Source: Scyliorhinus canicula (lineage: Eukaryota). Taken from it: a stretch of DNA of 64,000 nucleotides. Positions 12,121 to 25,131 of this stretch are shown in pieces; position 1 is the first letter of the stretch; the number at the start of each line of letters is the position of its first letter. The stretch lies in contig NW_024055482.1 in the NCBI RefSeq assembly GCF_902713615.1, positions 186,001-250,000 on the forward strand, in the 5' to 3' direction. The translations under genes and the position numbers were made by a program. A model generated the notes under the pieces. The model was not told the origin of the DNA and searched no databases. It worked only from the letters and a program-made list of their open reading frames with translations.

Positions 12121-14169
12121 AGAAAAATTGTTATTTTAAAGTAATTAAAGAATGATGTCCCAGGAACCCGTCTTTCGCTGGATGGAGAGATTGTTCAGAG
12201 TTGTTCTGTCCTTCACCCATTAGATTCTGAGGCGGGTAGACGGGGTACATCGAGGGAGGATGTTTCCACTCATGGGATAGTGTAGGACCAGAGGGCAGGG
12301 ACACAGAATAAGCCGGATTTGAGGAAGGTTTTGTTCTCTGAAAGAGTGGTGAATCTTGTGAATTTGTTACCCAGGAAGCTGTGGAGACCGAGTCCTTGAC
12401 CATTTGCAAGGCTGAGATCGAAAGGTTTTTTTTTTAAATTTAGATTACCCAATTATTTTTTCCTATTAAGGGGCAATTTAGCGTGGCCAATCCACCTACT
12501 CTGCACATTTTTGGGTTGTGGGGGCGAAACCCACGCAGACACGGGGAGAATGTGCAAGAGATCGAAAGGTTTTAACCAGTAAGGAATAAAGGTTCATGGA
12601 ATTTATGCTGGAATGCGGATTTAGTGAGTGTGCGATTAGCCATGAATGTGGATCGATTAAATGGTGAAGCGGGCTCGAAGGGCTGAATGGCCGACTTGTG
12701 TGCCTATTTCTTCTGGTCTTCTTGTCCCCTCAATGCAGTTGAGTCGACGAAAATAATGGATACAAATAAACAGAAGGATTTTGATCCAAACTATCACTGT
12801 GAGAATTGAGAGTTTTGGGTGAGAGTATCACTAACGAATTAATGGCAACAAAACCTCTTTGCATTTCCCATTACATTAGTACAAAGGTAACACACCACAC
12901 ATACGAGAAATCTAAAATGAACACATAAAGTGCTGGAAAGTCTCAACAGGTCAGAAAGCGGATGGAAATCCGTTTGTTTTTCATACACTCATTTTATTTC
13001 CGCTCTCACAATAATGTGTAGAGAGGGTGAAGGATTTTGGAGACTGATTAATAACCCGTTTCAGTTGCACGAACACTCCTTCCATGGCCACCAAACCCTG
13101 GAGTGGAATTTGAACCCACGCCAAACAGCTCCGCAACAGAAGTTCGGCAAAATGTGCTGCTCTGGTGGGTCGTATTTTCGGAGAGAAATGCAGTGAGCTT
13201 CAGGTGGATGAACCTGGTGCTGATATTCTGTCAGTGACATGGAACATGAACTCTGTTTCTCTCCTCACATTCTGACTGACATGCAGAGAAATTCCAGCAA
13301 TTCCGGGTGTTTTTTCCCCCATTACACTAACTTCATCCAGTCCATATTGAAATGGTGCTTGATTCTGTAATTAAGCATTTGGGGAAAAATCTGATATATC
13401 AATAGGCGCTGAAACATTGGCGACAATGCGATGGGCGCTGTCTGTCTCTCTCTCACACATACACATGGTTATTTTATACATAACTTTGATTGGCTGTACT
13501 TCACCATCAGACCGGGGCCAGTGATGTGTTCAATAATGCACTGCAGGTTGTAACTTTTAAAATTGCATCAATCTCTGTATTGTTTGCATTTAAAGCAAGT
13601 ATGCAATAAGGGTGGACACAAAGACACTATCTGTGTGATGGTTAAACTAATAGTCTATCTGCCATTCAGGTTTTAATGCTTTGATTCTCTATCATTAGTC
13701 CCATTATTATTAACGTCCCCGAAGACGTGTTTGTTAGGTGAATTGGACATTCTGAATTCTCCCTCAGTGTGCCTGAACAGGCGCCATTGTGTTACGACTA
13801 GGGGATTTTCACAGTAATTTAACTGCACTGTTAATTTAAGCCTACCTTTGACAATAATACAGGTTATTATTATTCTTATTATCATTTCCGAGATCATTGT
13901 CCCTGTCGGCTCTAACAGGCTGTTTCCTGTATTACTATTTTGACCTATTGCAATTATTATTGTACAAAGTATTTTTACGATTATGACCACCCAAATACAC
14001 GCTTATTCCAATGCTAGATCAGGTGCCATCTTTCTTATGCCTACGTAATCCATATATCAATAATGTTTATTACTCTCACGACAAGTTCATGTGATCACTA
14101 CTTTAGCATATATATCTGTCTATATTGGACCAGCCCCTGTCTCTGCACTGTATTATCAATTCATTGATG

Positions 14170-15060
14170 GGATGGGAGCGTGTCTGGTTAGGTCAACATT
14201 GCTTTTCCATCCCTAATTGCCCTTCAGAAGGTGGTGGTGATTTGCCTTCTTAAATCACTGTAGTTTCTAACGTATAGGTACAGCCACAGAACTGTTAGGG
14301 AGGGAATTCCAGCCTATTGACCCAGCGAAAGTGACGTAACGGCGATATATTTCCAAGTCAGGATGGTGAGTGGCTTGAAGGTGATCCCAGGTATCTGCTG
14401 CCTTTGTCCTTCCAGGTGGTAGTGGTCATGGGTTTGGAAGGTGCTGCCGAAGGAACCTTGTTGAGTTGCTCTAGTGCATCTTTTAGGTGGGACAGAAAGC
14501 TTCCATTATTCGTCGGTTGGAGGGAAATAACGTTTTTGGAAGGGTTAGCAATCAAGCGGCCTCTTTTCTCCCGGATGGTGTCTTGCTTCTCGAATGTTGT
14601 TGGAGCTGCACTCATCCACACAAGTGGAGAGTATTCCATTACACTCCTGACTTGCGCCCTGATGATGTTGGACGGGCTTTGTGGACAGGAAGTGAGTGAC
14701 TCGCGGCAGGATTCCTCGTCTTTAACCTGTTCAGATCGCAACAGTATTTATATGGCGAGTCAAGTTCAGTTTCCAGGCAACAGCAGCCCCCTGAATGTTC
14801 ATAATGGGGATTCGGTGATGGTAATGCCATTGAATGTCAAGGGAAGATGGTTAGATCTTCTCGTGTTAGAGCGGGACATTGCCCGCACTTGCCACTTGCC
14901 AAGCCTGAATATAGTCCAGATCATGTTGCATTCTGACATGGATTGCATCTAATGAATCGCAAAAGGTGTTGAACATTGTGCAGTCATCTGCAAACACGCT
15001 CACTTTTGTCCTTGTGATGGACGATAGGCCATTCACGAAGCAGCTGGATATGGTTGAGCC
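14170..15060 (-). mobile_element. Non-LTR retrotransposon RT C-terminal fragment + 3'UTR
   Basis: Minus ORF 14358-14741 contains RAQVRSVMEYSPLVWMSAAPTT..QDTIREKRGRLI. Confidence 0.7.
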
Positions 15061-17775
15061 CAGACCACTACACTGAGGAACGTGGCAGCTTCAGGCAAAG
15101 CAATAATTGAGACAGTGGCTCAGGTAATACAAACAGTAACATGTTCTGGTTTAGTATCCGTGGAGATTGAATCTAGTGAAGTAACAATTGAGACATAGAC
15201 TATGACACTGGTTAGCACTATTCCTTCACAGCGTCAGGGCCCAGGTTCGATTCCCGGCTGGGGTCAATGACTGCGTGGAGTCTGCGTGTTCTCCCCACAT
15301 ATGCGTGGGTTTCCCCCGGGTGGAGCACCGGAGCGGTTTCCTCGCACAGGTCCTGAAAGACGGGCTGTGACATGAATTGGGCATTCTGAATTCTCCCTCT
15401 GTGTAAGAACATAAGAACTAGGAGCAGGAGTAGGCCATCTGGCCCCTCGAGCCTGCTCCGCCATTCAATTAGATCATGGCTGATCTTTTGTGGACTCAGC
15501 TCCACTTTCCGGCCCGAACACCATAACCCTTAATCCCTTTATTCTTCAAAAAACTATCTATCTTTACCTTAAAAACATGTAATGAAGGAGCCTCAACTGC
15601 TTCACTGGGCAAGGAATTCCATAGATTCACAACCCTTTGGGTGTACTCGAACTGCTGCCGGAGTGTTGCGACTAGGGGCTTTTCACAGTAACTTCATTGC
15701 AGTGTTAATGTAAGCCTACTTATGACAATAAAGATTGTAATTTTAATAATAATTGAGATATGATCCAATGCTATACTAACTTCTTAAGTACTTAGTGTAA
15801 TATAAAGTGGACCTTGCTTCAGCATATTAACAGCTGGGATTGAGACGAGTACAGTAACAACTGAGACCTGCTGTCATAAAATCAGAAAGCTGACCTAACT
15901 TAATAGAATCAGAGACGGTGTCTGGTTAGATATGAATAGGGAGAGGGTCCTTGGCAGTAACAATGGAGACAATCTCTGCTTCATGTAATGTCAGCAATCG
16001 CGGTGTCACTGCCATCAACTGGCCAAACGTTGCTATTGCAGTTATTGATTTATAAAATATATTTCATGAGATGTGGCCTCATTCGCATTTGTTGACCATC
16101 ACTAACCTCACGAACTGCTAAGTTACAGGGCCTCTATTTGCATTTTTAAAGCACACTATCAGCTGCAGCAGGATTTGAACACGACCTCAGTGAATGAAGC
16201 TGGGCATCTCAATTACTGACCCAGTGATATTACAGTTAACACACTGCAGTCTCTTTAAACATAGTCGGGGGTGTTTTCAGTGCAGAAGAAGGCTGTTTGG
16301 ACAGATATGTATGTGTTGGCCCTCTATAGGTGCGATTTGCTGAATACCATTCTTTTCCCGCAGTCTAGCATTGTTTTTCCCTTTGAGATAATAATCCAAA
16401 ACCGCTTTAAAAGCATCAAGTGACCCTGCCACCGCTACACAAATGTCCAGTCCACCCTAATCCCTCACTGGGTGAAAAGGTTTCTCCTTATGTCTCCGTG
16501 CTTATTTTCCCAATTCCTTCAATCAGGTACTCGGCCCTCCCGCCAGTGGGATAGGTTCCTCCATATCTACTCTGTATAGAACCCTCATGGTTTTGAATAT
16601 CTCCGTCAGATCACGTCGTAACCTGCTCAAGAGAAATAGTCGCAACTTGTCCAATCTATCTTCGGAGATGAAGTTGCTCATCTCTGGAACTATTCCCGTG
16701 AGCATTTTCTGCACCCACCTTAATGACTCACATCGCCCCGTACTGTGATACCCACAATGCTTCAGTTCTGTCGGTTCAGGATTTAGTACAAGTTTAACAT
16801 AACGTACATTCCTCTGTATTTTGTGTACCCATTGATAATTCCCTTTATTAATTGTTTTAATGACCGCGCTCTCAACTGTCCTATCCCCATCAGTAATTTA
16901 TCTACATATAAACAGGCCCCTCGGGTAAAAGCAAATTACTGCGAATGCTGGAATCTGAAACCAAAAGAGAAAATGCTGGAAAATCGCAGCAGGTCTGGCA
17001 GCATCTGTAAGGAGAGAAAATAGCTGACATTTTGAGTCCAGATGACCCTTTGTAAAAAGCTCCCTCTGATCCTGCATTGCCTTTTGAATTATTCCCTTTA
17101 TTTTCTTTTGTCTTTCTGCGGTCTGCAAGACATATGAATTACTTCAATCTTTACAGCACTAACTTTAATCTGCCAATTTCCCACCCATTCCTGTGTTTGC
17201 TGTTTGGAAGTTGTACATTATCCTACCGATGGTTCGCAACACCGTCACATTGTGTACCATTCGCAGATGTTGAAAATCTCCCCTATCAAACAAGGTCCAG
17301 GTCATTAATGTGTCATATATAAGGCCGCAATACAGATCCCTGGAAACTTCACCACAACGTCCCTTCACTCCGAGAAACAGCTGATCCCTACAGCTAGTTG
17401 TTTGCTGGAAATTTCGTGTCCACGTTGCTACTGTCCATTTTACCTCAGGAGCTCCATTATTGCTCACAAGGTGGCGCTGCAGCACGTTATCAAATGGCAT
17501 TTGGAAGTTTATCAACAGCAATACTCAGATCAACCATCTTTGCTATTCATCAGAAAATTCAAGCAACTTAATTAAACATGATTTTCCCTTAAAAAATCGT
17601 CGCACAGCTTAATTTATCAACAAAGCACTGATGTACCAGCTCATAGTCTTCGCTGATGGTCCCAAAATGTAAACTGCAGATTAATGTGAGTTAAGGTCAG
17701 CGAAATTGCAAAGTGCCTCAATTGCTGTTAATTTATTTTTTTGATTATCTTATTTGAAAGGAGGAATGTGGAGCC

Positions 17776-19165
17776 ATGGGAACCGCACGTTGCAATGTGA
17801 TGATTTGTGCAAGTGAGTGGACCTAACAACCTAAACCTGACGTGAGATTAATCAAATTTACAATGCTGATTAATTATTCCGCTTGCTGAAAAGGAAATGA
17901 ACATTTACTGCTCTGCAACGTGTTTCACATTCATTTCCGATCCACAATATCCAATCTTAACGCTTGAGCTTCATTTCCTCCCAACGCCTTCCAACCTCAT
18001 AGAATCATCGGATCTTTATAATGCAGAAGGCCATTCAGTCCATCGAATCATCACCGACCCTCTGATAGAGAAGTAAAAAAAATCCTTGGGTGACATCTGG
18101 TGCAGGAATAATAGAGAAATTGTTGAACATAAAATAAAACCTGTGGTGTTCCTGCGTAATATAACAAAACCAGAATCTTAGAAATATATAAAGTATGAGC
18201 CGGAATCGGATATTCGGTCCTTCGAGCCTGCTTCGCCATTCAATAGTGTATCGGGTGGTCCTCTATCTCGATCCCAGACTCCAGCTCTGTCCCATACCCC
18301 TTGTCGGCTTTAGAGACGAGGACTTTATTCATTGCCTTCAGAAATATATTCGGTAATTTGTCCTCTGCAGCCACCTGTCGTAGATAATTCTGCGTGTTCA
18401 AAACCTTTGAGTGAAACCTTTCTCCTCATCTCTGTCCTAAATGGCTCACCCTGAGACCGTGACCTCTTGTTGGCCACTCCCAGAGGAAACATCTTCCCTG
18501 CATCCAGTCTGTCCAACCCTATCAGAATGTTATACTTCAACGAGATCGCCTCTCATTCTGCTAAACTCCAGGGAAATCAGGCCTGGTTCATCCAATCTGT
18601 CCTCACACGATAATCGTGCCATCCCAGGCATCATTCTGATGAACAGTCACTGCACTGCCTCCATGGAAAGCATTTCCATTCTGAGGTAAGGAGTCTGAAT
18701 CTGCTCCCAATATTCCAGGTGACGCCCATCAATACCCTGCATATCTGTTATAAGACAGCCTTGCTCCTGTTCGCAAGTCCTCTTGCAATTAAGGGCAACA
18801 TACCACTTGCCCGCCAAACTGTTTGATGGACCTGCATTCTTGTTTTCAGTGATACATTCCGCCAAAGATCAAGTTAATTTAAAACATTCTGCAACTTTTG
18901 TCTGCAGAATTGTTCATAACAGTGAGCTAAGTTTCTGAACGAAGAAGCTGTGAGACGACGTTCATTGTTACGACTGAATTGCACCAGTTGTTACATTGAG
19001 AACGCGTCAGTCAGTATTGGTTCCTGCAACGTGACAGGCGTTGGGATGCGCCACCTGGTGGTAGGTTTGAACGAATCTCTCTTCAAATTACGTCACAGAC
19101 AGGGTAATGGTCCCAGTTGTCCCGGGTCCTTTGTGTGTTGACCTCAGCAGACAGCGCTGTCAGTC
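17776..19165 (+). pseudogene. Possible heavily decayed V segment (leader-like exon 17776-17812; V relic ~18908-19165) with CR1 inserted in the intron
   Basis: ATG..12 codons+1 nt then GTGAGT donor; acceptor tttgtctgcag at 18907; relic motifs LNC (18974-18982), YWFLQ (19015-) and LTSADSAV (19138-19161) in shifting frames. No YYC or RSS. Confidence 0.35.
17990..18860 (-). mobile_element. CR1 LINE 3' portion
   Basis: Minus frames give GLDRLDAGKMFPL...FRTEMRRKV and GNSGPSNSLAGKWYVALNCKRT-like CR1 ORF2 residues; 3'UTR motif gagcaggctcgaagg. Confidence 0.7.
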
Positions 19166-19228
19166 AGCTGCAGCCCATTCAATGTGAAAATTGTGATATT
19201 CTTTGGCGTATTCAGCAGAAAAGGAAAC

Positions 19229-19566
19229 GGCAGCACGGTAGCATGGTGGTTAGCATAAATGCTTCACGGCTCCAGGGTCCCAGGTTCGATTCCCGGCTGG
19301 GTCACTGTCTGTGTGGAGTCTGCACGTTCTCCCCGTGTCTGCGTGGGTTTCCTCCGGGTGCTCCGGTTTCCTCCCACAGTCCAAAGATGTGCCGGTTAGG
19401 TGGGTTGGCCATGCTAAATTGCCCGTAGTGTCCTAATAGTAAGGTTAAGGGGGGGGAGTTGTTGGGTTACGGGTATAGGGTGGATATGTGGGTTTGAGTA
19501 GGGTGATCATTGCTCGGCACAACATCGAGGGCCGAAGGGCCTGTTCTGTGCTGTACTGTTCTATCT
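19229..19566 (+). mobile_element. Full-length young HE1-like SINE with CR1-derived 3' tail
   Basis: A/B boxes; near-identical to copies at 26221-26573 and 46403-46703; tail gagggccgaagggcctgttctgtgctgtactgttcta matches the CR1 3' end at 53420-53480. Confidence 0.9.
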
Positions 19567-20702
19567 AAGAATGTTAACCTCTTTCGTTCCATAGAAATGT
19601 ATATGAAGTACGAACGTGGAAGCATTGTTCTGGGTCTGACAATAAAAGTAGAACAGAAAAGTTCACATTTGGAGGTTGAACAGATACAATATAAACTCAG
19701 CAAATTGAGCTTATGTTACTCACTGCACGACCCGATCTCCAGGAACCACTCCTATTTGTGGTTAACCCACACAGCAGAATGAAGAATTAATAGAAAGTTG
19801 ATGGTTGCGTCGATATATTAGATTGATATATCAATCGATTGCTCGATAGATAGATACGTAGATAGACAGACAGATGGAATTAATATTAAAGCTGATAGCA
19901 TTTTATCATTTTCAAGAACCCGTCGGACGGGTGGACTAATGGAGAGACAGGGTGAACCAACTTAATACAACCTATAACGTAATACAAAGGATAGTCGCTT
20001 TTATAAATCGATCCTCACGGTTAATGGGAAACAAGTTCCGGGTTGTGCAGTTTGATCGCTATGAATATCCAACATGATATTATCGCACTGACACAAACTC
20101 GGGGATTTCCATCCCAGAAAGCTCGCTCGGACAAGTCCAAGGTTTTTGAAAGTGTCTCTGACGGAATTTCTCCTTTGTGTTTCTATGGCTGTGTTAATCT
20201 GGCTGCTTATTTACTTTAATGATTGTCTGTGTGTCTGTTTGAGAGATCAATTTGTGGGTCGATCACTGTGTTTACCTGTCTCCGTGTCTATGTTTGTGCT
20301 GATTCTGTGCTGTAAACGAGGCTGCTGGGAGGTGGACATATTCACTTACTTTCATCATTAGCAACTCAGACTAATGTGCACTCAAAAATCATGTCAACGA
20401 ATGTTGGAATTTATTGCAGTGTCTGTGCATGTCTGGATGATGTTTTCTTACATGTCGTTGCACGTGGCCGTGTGTGTTTCCAATAGGCGGTTGCGCTGTC
20501 CCCAGGAGGGCGCCCTCTGGTCACATATCAAACATCACCGACCGGTTCCAGAGGAAGCGACCGCTTTAAGACGTGAAGGTGGGCGGAGCGAAGAAATCGG
20601 ATTCGAACTCATAACATCTCGCTAATTGTTTCATCTCCGCCAATTACAGGGCTGGTCCAGTGAGTGATACCTGTCTCTGTATCTGGAGTTCAGATTCGAA
20701 CC

Positions 20703-21174
20703 ATGGGGCTGATACTCTGCCTGTCTCTGGTTATTGTCCTGATGACAGGTTGGTTATATTGAACCTCTGTACTGAATCCTCCAATTCCCAAATGTGTTCT
20801 TATTTCCATCTTCGGGTGCTCATCCGCTTCACGTTTCTCCTTCTAACCAGCTTTTTCTTTTCAGGGATGAGTAAGGGAGACTCGGTGTCTCAGGAAGAAC
20901 AACGAGTCGACGCAGAAGAGGGTGATGATTCAGCCATACCCTGCAGTTATTCGGTATCGAGTTCAGCTGCAAGCTATTACCACTTCTGGTATCGCCAGTA
21001 TCCACACCGAGCTCCGCGATATCTACTCAGAGCCGATAGTTATGGGTTCAACGAGACGGCCCCCGGCTTTGAACGCTTCAGCGGGAAACTCCACCCGACA
21101 CAAAGCACTTTTCACTTGTCCCTGACAGATTTGAAGATGACAGACAGCGGCGTGTCTTACTGCGCGCTGAGACC
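20703..21174 (+). CDS. TCR alpha/delta-type V segment V1, apparently functional (leader exon 20703-20748, intron 20749-20864, V exon 20865-21174)
   Basis: Leader MGLILCLSLVIVLMT/G with GT donor; tttttcttttcag acceptor; V exon GMSKGDSVSQ..SAIPCSY..FWYRQYPHRAPRYLL..RFSG..FHLSLTDLKMTDSGVSYCALRP with conserved Cys, Trp, Cys; followed by RSS. Confidence 0.9.
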
Positions 21175-21213
21175 CACAGTGGATAAGGGCCCGGCGGGGC
21201 TCATACACAAACT
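21175..21213 (+). other. 23-RSS of V1
   Basis: CACAGTG (21175-21181) + 23 nt + ACACAAACT (21205-21213). Confidence 0.92.
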
Positions 21214-21910
21214 GGCGCAATTTCCGTATCAAGTAAGCACAAGGAGTTGCATTGGTACAGATAATAAACGGGACAATCCAGCTCCATCTGAATGGGTTTC
21301 CCTCAATGAGGTCAATGGTTCTCACTATTGGGCCATTGGACAGTTGACGGTCATTTTACCCCAGAATCAAATTCCATAATTTCCCGATCCCATTTATATA
21401 AACCTGCAGATCCCGGAGGATCATTTCATCAATCTGTATTTGTGAAACTTCTTGATCAGGTGGTAATCTACCATGCAGCACTTTTTAAAAGTGATCAAAT
21501 TCAGAGTTGTCACTGTTTATATTTCCTGGGGTACAAGTGATGACTGACTGAAATCAGTACTTTACCGGTACAAGAGACCCCAGTGGAAGCGCATCTTGGT
21601 GTAGAGTTGGATGACTATTTATCCCGTGTACCCTTAAACCAGTAATTATTAATTATGTTCGTGCACTGAATGGCCTCGTTAATATCTGTGTGTGAGACTG
21701 ATATTAAAATATTTATTTTATCTTTCACATTTTTGGGGAGGAATATCTACCTCAGGAAAGATGTGAAAGTTGAGGTCGAAGGAAAACGATTTCAACCGAG
21801 AAAGTGACAGAATGACGCCAATGTGAGGAAGGGAGCGAGAAAGACAAACACACAGCCAGGGTGGAATGTGATTGGAGAGAACCCGCATTAATAAACGCTC
21901 ACCTGACAGT

Positions 21911-21952
21911 GATTGGCCCTCAGCTGACGTCAGAGCTGAGAGACCAGCCAAT
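21911..21952 (+). promoter_or_regulatory. V2 promoter: CCAAT boxes flanking a palindromic CRE
   Basis: GATTGG 21911-21916, TGACGTCA 21925-21932 and CCAAT 21948-21952, about 150-190 bp upstream of the leader ATG. Confidence 0.6.
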
Positions 21953-22097
21953 CATAGTACTGACAAACGCCCCTCAGTTTCCCAAGAATTGATCTGCGTT
22001 TACTCTTTGCCACTGGTCTGGGTTTGCACTTTGATATGAGACTAGAAGCTGCAACATATTTGAAACAGTGTCGCTTTTTACTGTTCAATCAGGAACC

Positions 22098-22535
22098 ATG
22101 TGCTCCCTGTGTGATTTACTGATAATAATGGTCTTGCTGCCCGGTGAGTCTGAGTTCAAATCCTCCTCCTGTGTTTCATGGGTTATATTTACTCACAGAT
22201 TTATGACACATTCTATATGTTGTTACAGGAACCAGTGGCCAAGATTCGGTTTCCCAGGAGCCGCCTGAATTACCGGCTCAGGAAGGACAAACAGCAATAT
22301 TGAACTGCAGTTACAAAGCAAAATATACTGACCAGAATCTCTTCTGGTACATCCAGTATCCAGGGGAAGCTCCGAGATATCTACTGAAGAAATATAGCGC
22401 GGGGAAGGGAGAAAGGTCTTCAGATTTCCCTGACCGGTTTTCTGCTGATTTAGACAAGGATAAGAAAACGATTCCTTTAAATATCACCGGGGTCCGTGTC
22501 TCTGACTCTGCCGTGTATCTCTGTGCTCTGAGCCC
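22098..22535 (+). CDS. TCR alpha/delta-type V segment V2, apparently functional (leader 22098-22143, intron 22144-22228, V exon 22229-22535)
   Basis: Leader MCSLCDLLIIMVLLP/G + GTGAGT; V exon GTSGQDSVSQEPPE..AILNCSY..LFWYIQYPGEAPRYLL..DRFSADLDKDKKTIPLNITGVRVSDSAVYLCALSP, open frame. Confidence 0.92.
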
Positions 22536-22574
22536 CACACTGTTACAGAGGGACTCTCAACCCGTACAAAAACC
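22536..22574 (+). other. 23-RSS of V2
   Basis: CACACTG + 23 nt + perfect ACAAAAACC. Confidence 0.92.
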
Positions 22575-23318
22575 GGTAAAGCACTCTCACCTCAATTCAC
22601 AGAATTAGATCTTTCACCTGGATTGTGAACTATTTATGTAAACAAAGCAATATTATAAAGAACAGCTAGCCCTAATTATTTCTTTCTGTAGTGCTGAACG
22701 TGTATCATTGTCTGCTAAATCCATTTTTATAGTAGTTTCTGTGCTTTGCGAGCAGCTCTCCAAATGCCACCGTCATGACAACACTAAATAGCATCCATCT
22801 GTGCCCTGTCTCAAAGATACGCTCAGTAACAGGACCAACATTCGCTTTCACGCCCTTTCTGTGTCACAGAGAGCGACAGTTGTTCGTCGTTTAGTTGTTT
22901 CGAGACCTATGTTGGATTTGGGGATATTCGGGGAAATAAGGGAGATGAGGGTGGTGCAGGAAATTAGATTCCAGGTCGAACAACTATGATCTGTACAATT
23001 GCAGAGCACCCCCATGTGAAGGGGCAAATCGTCCACTGCAGATCCTGCTCCTCATCATCTGATGTTCTTGTGTTCAGTTCATTGTTCTGAAAACAGGTGC
23101 AAGTGGTTCCGGGCTCCTCGCTCTGACGTAACAAAGAAACGGATCTAATTGGATGAAATGTAGGACACAGGAGCTTTGAGCTGATTGGGTGTCTCCTGCT
23201 GACTCTGTCGGGAATGAACCAATCGGTAGTGAGGCCGGATATTACTCACATCTTCTGAACTCTGGACTGCAACAATTCAGCTGCAACTCACAGTTCAAAT
23301 CCACTACCATCTCTGAAC

Positions 23319-23857
23319 ATGTTGAGATGCCTGTTACATTTTCATCAGAGCTGCAACTCACTTAAGTGGTAAGTTCCCAAGGGGCACAATTTCCAGACAG
23401 CTCGCGATACTTACATTGTGATCCACCCTTAACTGTAATATATACAATTCCATGATTGCATGATTTCTAACAAAGTAATACAAAGTTTAAGCTCGGATTT
23501 CTATTTTTTGCAGGTATTATCGGTGCAGATATGGTTTCACAGGAACCTGTTACAGCGACAAAGTTTGAAGGAGAATTGATTACTATTGATTTCAGTTATT
23601 CGACCACAGCTGGTACATATTATTTGCAATTGTACCGTCAGGACCGGGACGAAGCCCCCATATTCTTGATGTACATTCCTAATTACGGAGATGTTTCCAG
23701 AGCAGTGGGTGTGGGGAGTCGATTTTCTGCATCTTTGGACAGTTCGAGGAGTGAGGGTAATTTCAACATCCGGGAACTGTTGCTGTCTGACAGCGCGGTG
23801 TAGTACTGCGGACTGAGAGACAGTGACAGCAACCAGAGGGAGTCTGGTACAAAATCA
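23319..23857 (+). pseudogene. V pseudogene V3 with defective RSS
   Basis: Leader 23319-23368 is 50 nt (out of phase with the phase-1 acceptor at 23513). V exon MVSQEPVTAT..ITIDFSY (first Cys to Phe), LQLYRQ (Trp to Leu), SDSAV*YCGLR (TAG 23801-23803). Heptamer GACAGTG 23819-23825 + 23 nt + ACAAAATCA. Confidence 0.88.
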
Positions 23858-25131
23858 CTGTCGCAGTGTGACACTGTGAATGGAACTGGGTACAGATTGG
23901 GAGATAAACCTGCAGATTGTTGTAATTTGAAAATATTGAAATAAGTATGACGCCGAAAGTAATAGTGCTGCATTGGGAAAGTTCTGTTCCATTCCATTCA
24001 CATTAAATACATTCTAGACAGAATGAAAAGAAATGTTTGGAGCATTTGTATCATTTTGTAATTGAACAATGTCGCGAAAGAAATGTTGAAAACAACACTT
24101 AACGATGTGATGTAGCGGTTACAGGAAGTAACACAACAAGTAAATGCCGCCACAATAGCAGGTATACAAGCTGGATTCAAAATAGCTTCTTCCCCGCTAT
24201 TACCAGACTTCTGAATGACCCTCTTATGAACTGAACTGTGCTTGTGTGGCGACATGGGGATTTTCACAGTAACTCCATTGCATTGTTAATGTAAGCCTAC
24301 TTGTGACACTAATAAAGATTATTAATATTATTATTATACTACACTGCGTATGCTCACCCGATGTCTGTGCCTATAGATTTATATTGTGTATCTATCGTAT
24401 ATCCTGTTTTTCATTAATGCAACGATCTGACTGGACTGTACGCAGAACAATATTTTTCATTCTACCTCGGCACTTGTGACACTAAAATCCAAATCCAAAG
24501 CTGCAGAACATGTAGTGAAGAAAATGTTTTGATTATTCTTCCATTTACTCCTTTTCCCGACCATTCGGTGACCATTCCGCTACCGAAAACGCACAACGCC
24601 TGACCTCACAGTTTACTATATTATTTTCATTGGCCTCTAATCATGTCCTGAAAATGCCCCTTTATAACTCTTCATGTGACTGTTCATTCTTAGTTTTAAT
24701 ATTCGTTAGTGTATTTAACATTGAGAGGAATGTTATCGGCCTATTCTATTGATTAGGAGTTTCCTCACCATGCTGCATTCGGTTTCCATTACAGCCTGGT
24801 GTCACAAACAGAAAAGTCTTTGCTCTCACTCGGAGTTTTTTTTCCTCATCAGAGGTGCACGGATGTAAATAGTTCCAGACCCACGGGTGGCAGTACTCGC
24901 AATGGTAATAGCGAGTTCTCCGAGACTCGAAATGAACAGCAGCAAGTTCCTCCCTCTCACAGTTAATGCAACAATCAGACTGAATCAGTATTCAATGCGA
25001 ACCATTTTAGGCGGTGTTGCTATGGCTTGTGCTGTAGTTTATGTGCACGAGAATCTATTAACTTGTCAGTAGCCGATCTGCTGTTTAAAACCTCTTCAAC
25101 AGACAGCAGCTGTGACCCAGAAACTTGCGGC

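Noticed and set aside
19229-19310. SINE heads as genuine tRNA genes (also 11143, 26500, 46620, 60445)
   Set aside because: They have A/B boxes but continue into the SINE core and CR1-derived tail, with no cloverleaf.
23872-23878. CACTGTG downstream of V3 as a possible D/J-type 5' RSS
   Set aside because: No GGTTTTTGT-like nonamer at 12 or 23 nt and no FGxG J motif follows.
24770-25070. Possible V-like fragments (EVHG, QW**R, FLPLTV) on the + strand
   Set aside because: Motifs are short, out of spacing and lack an RSS; compatible with chance.
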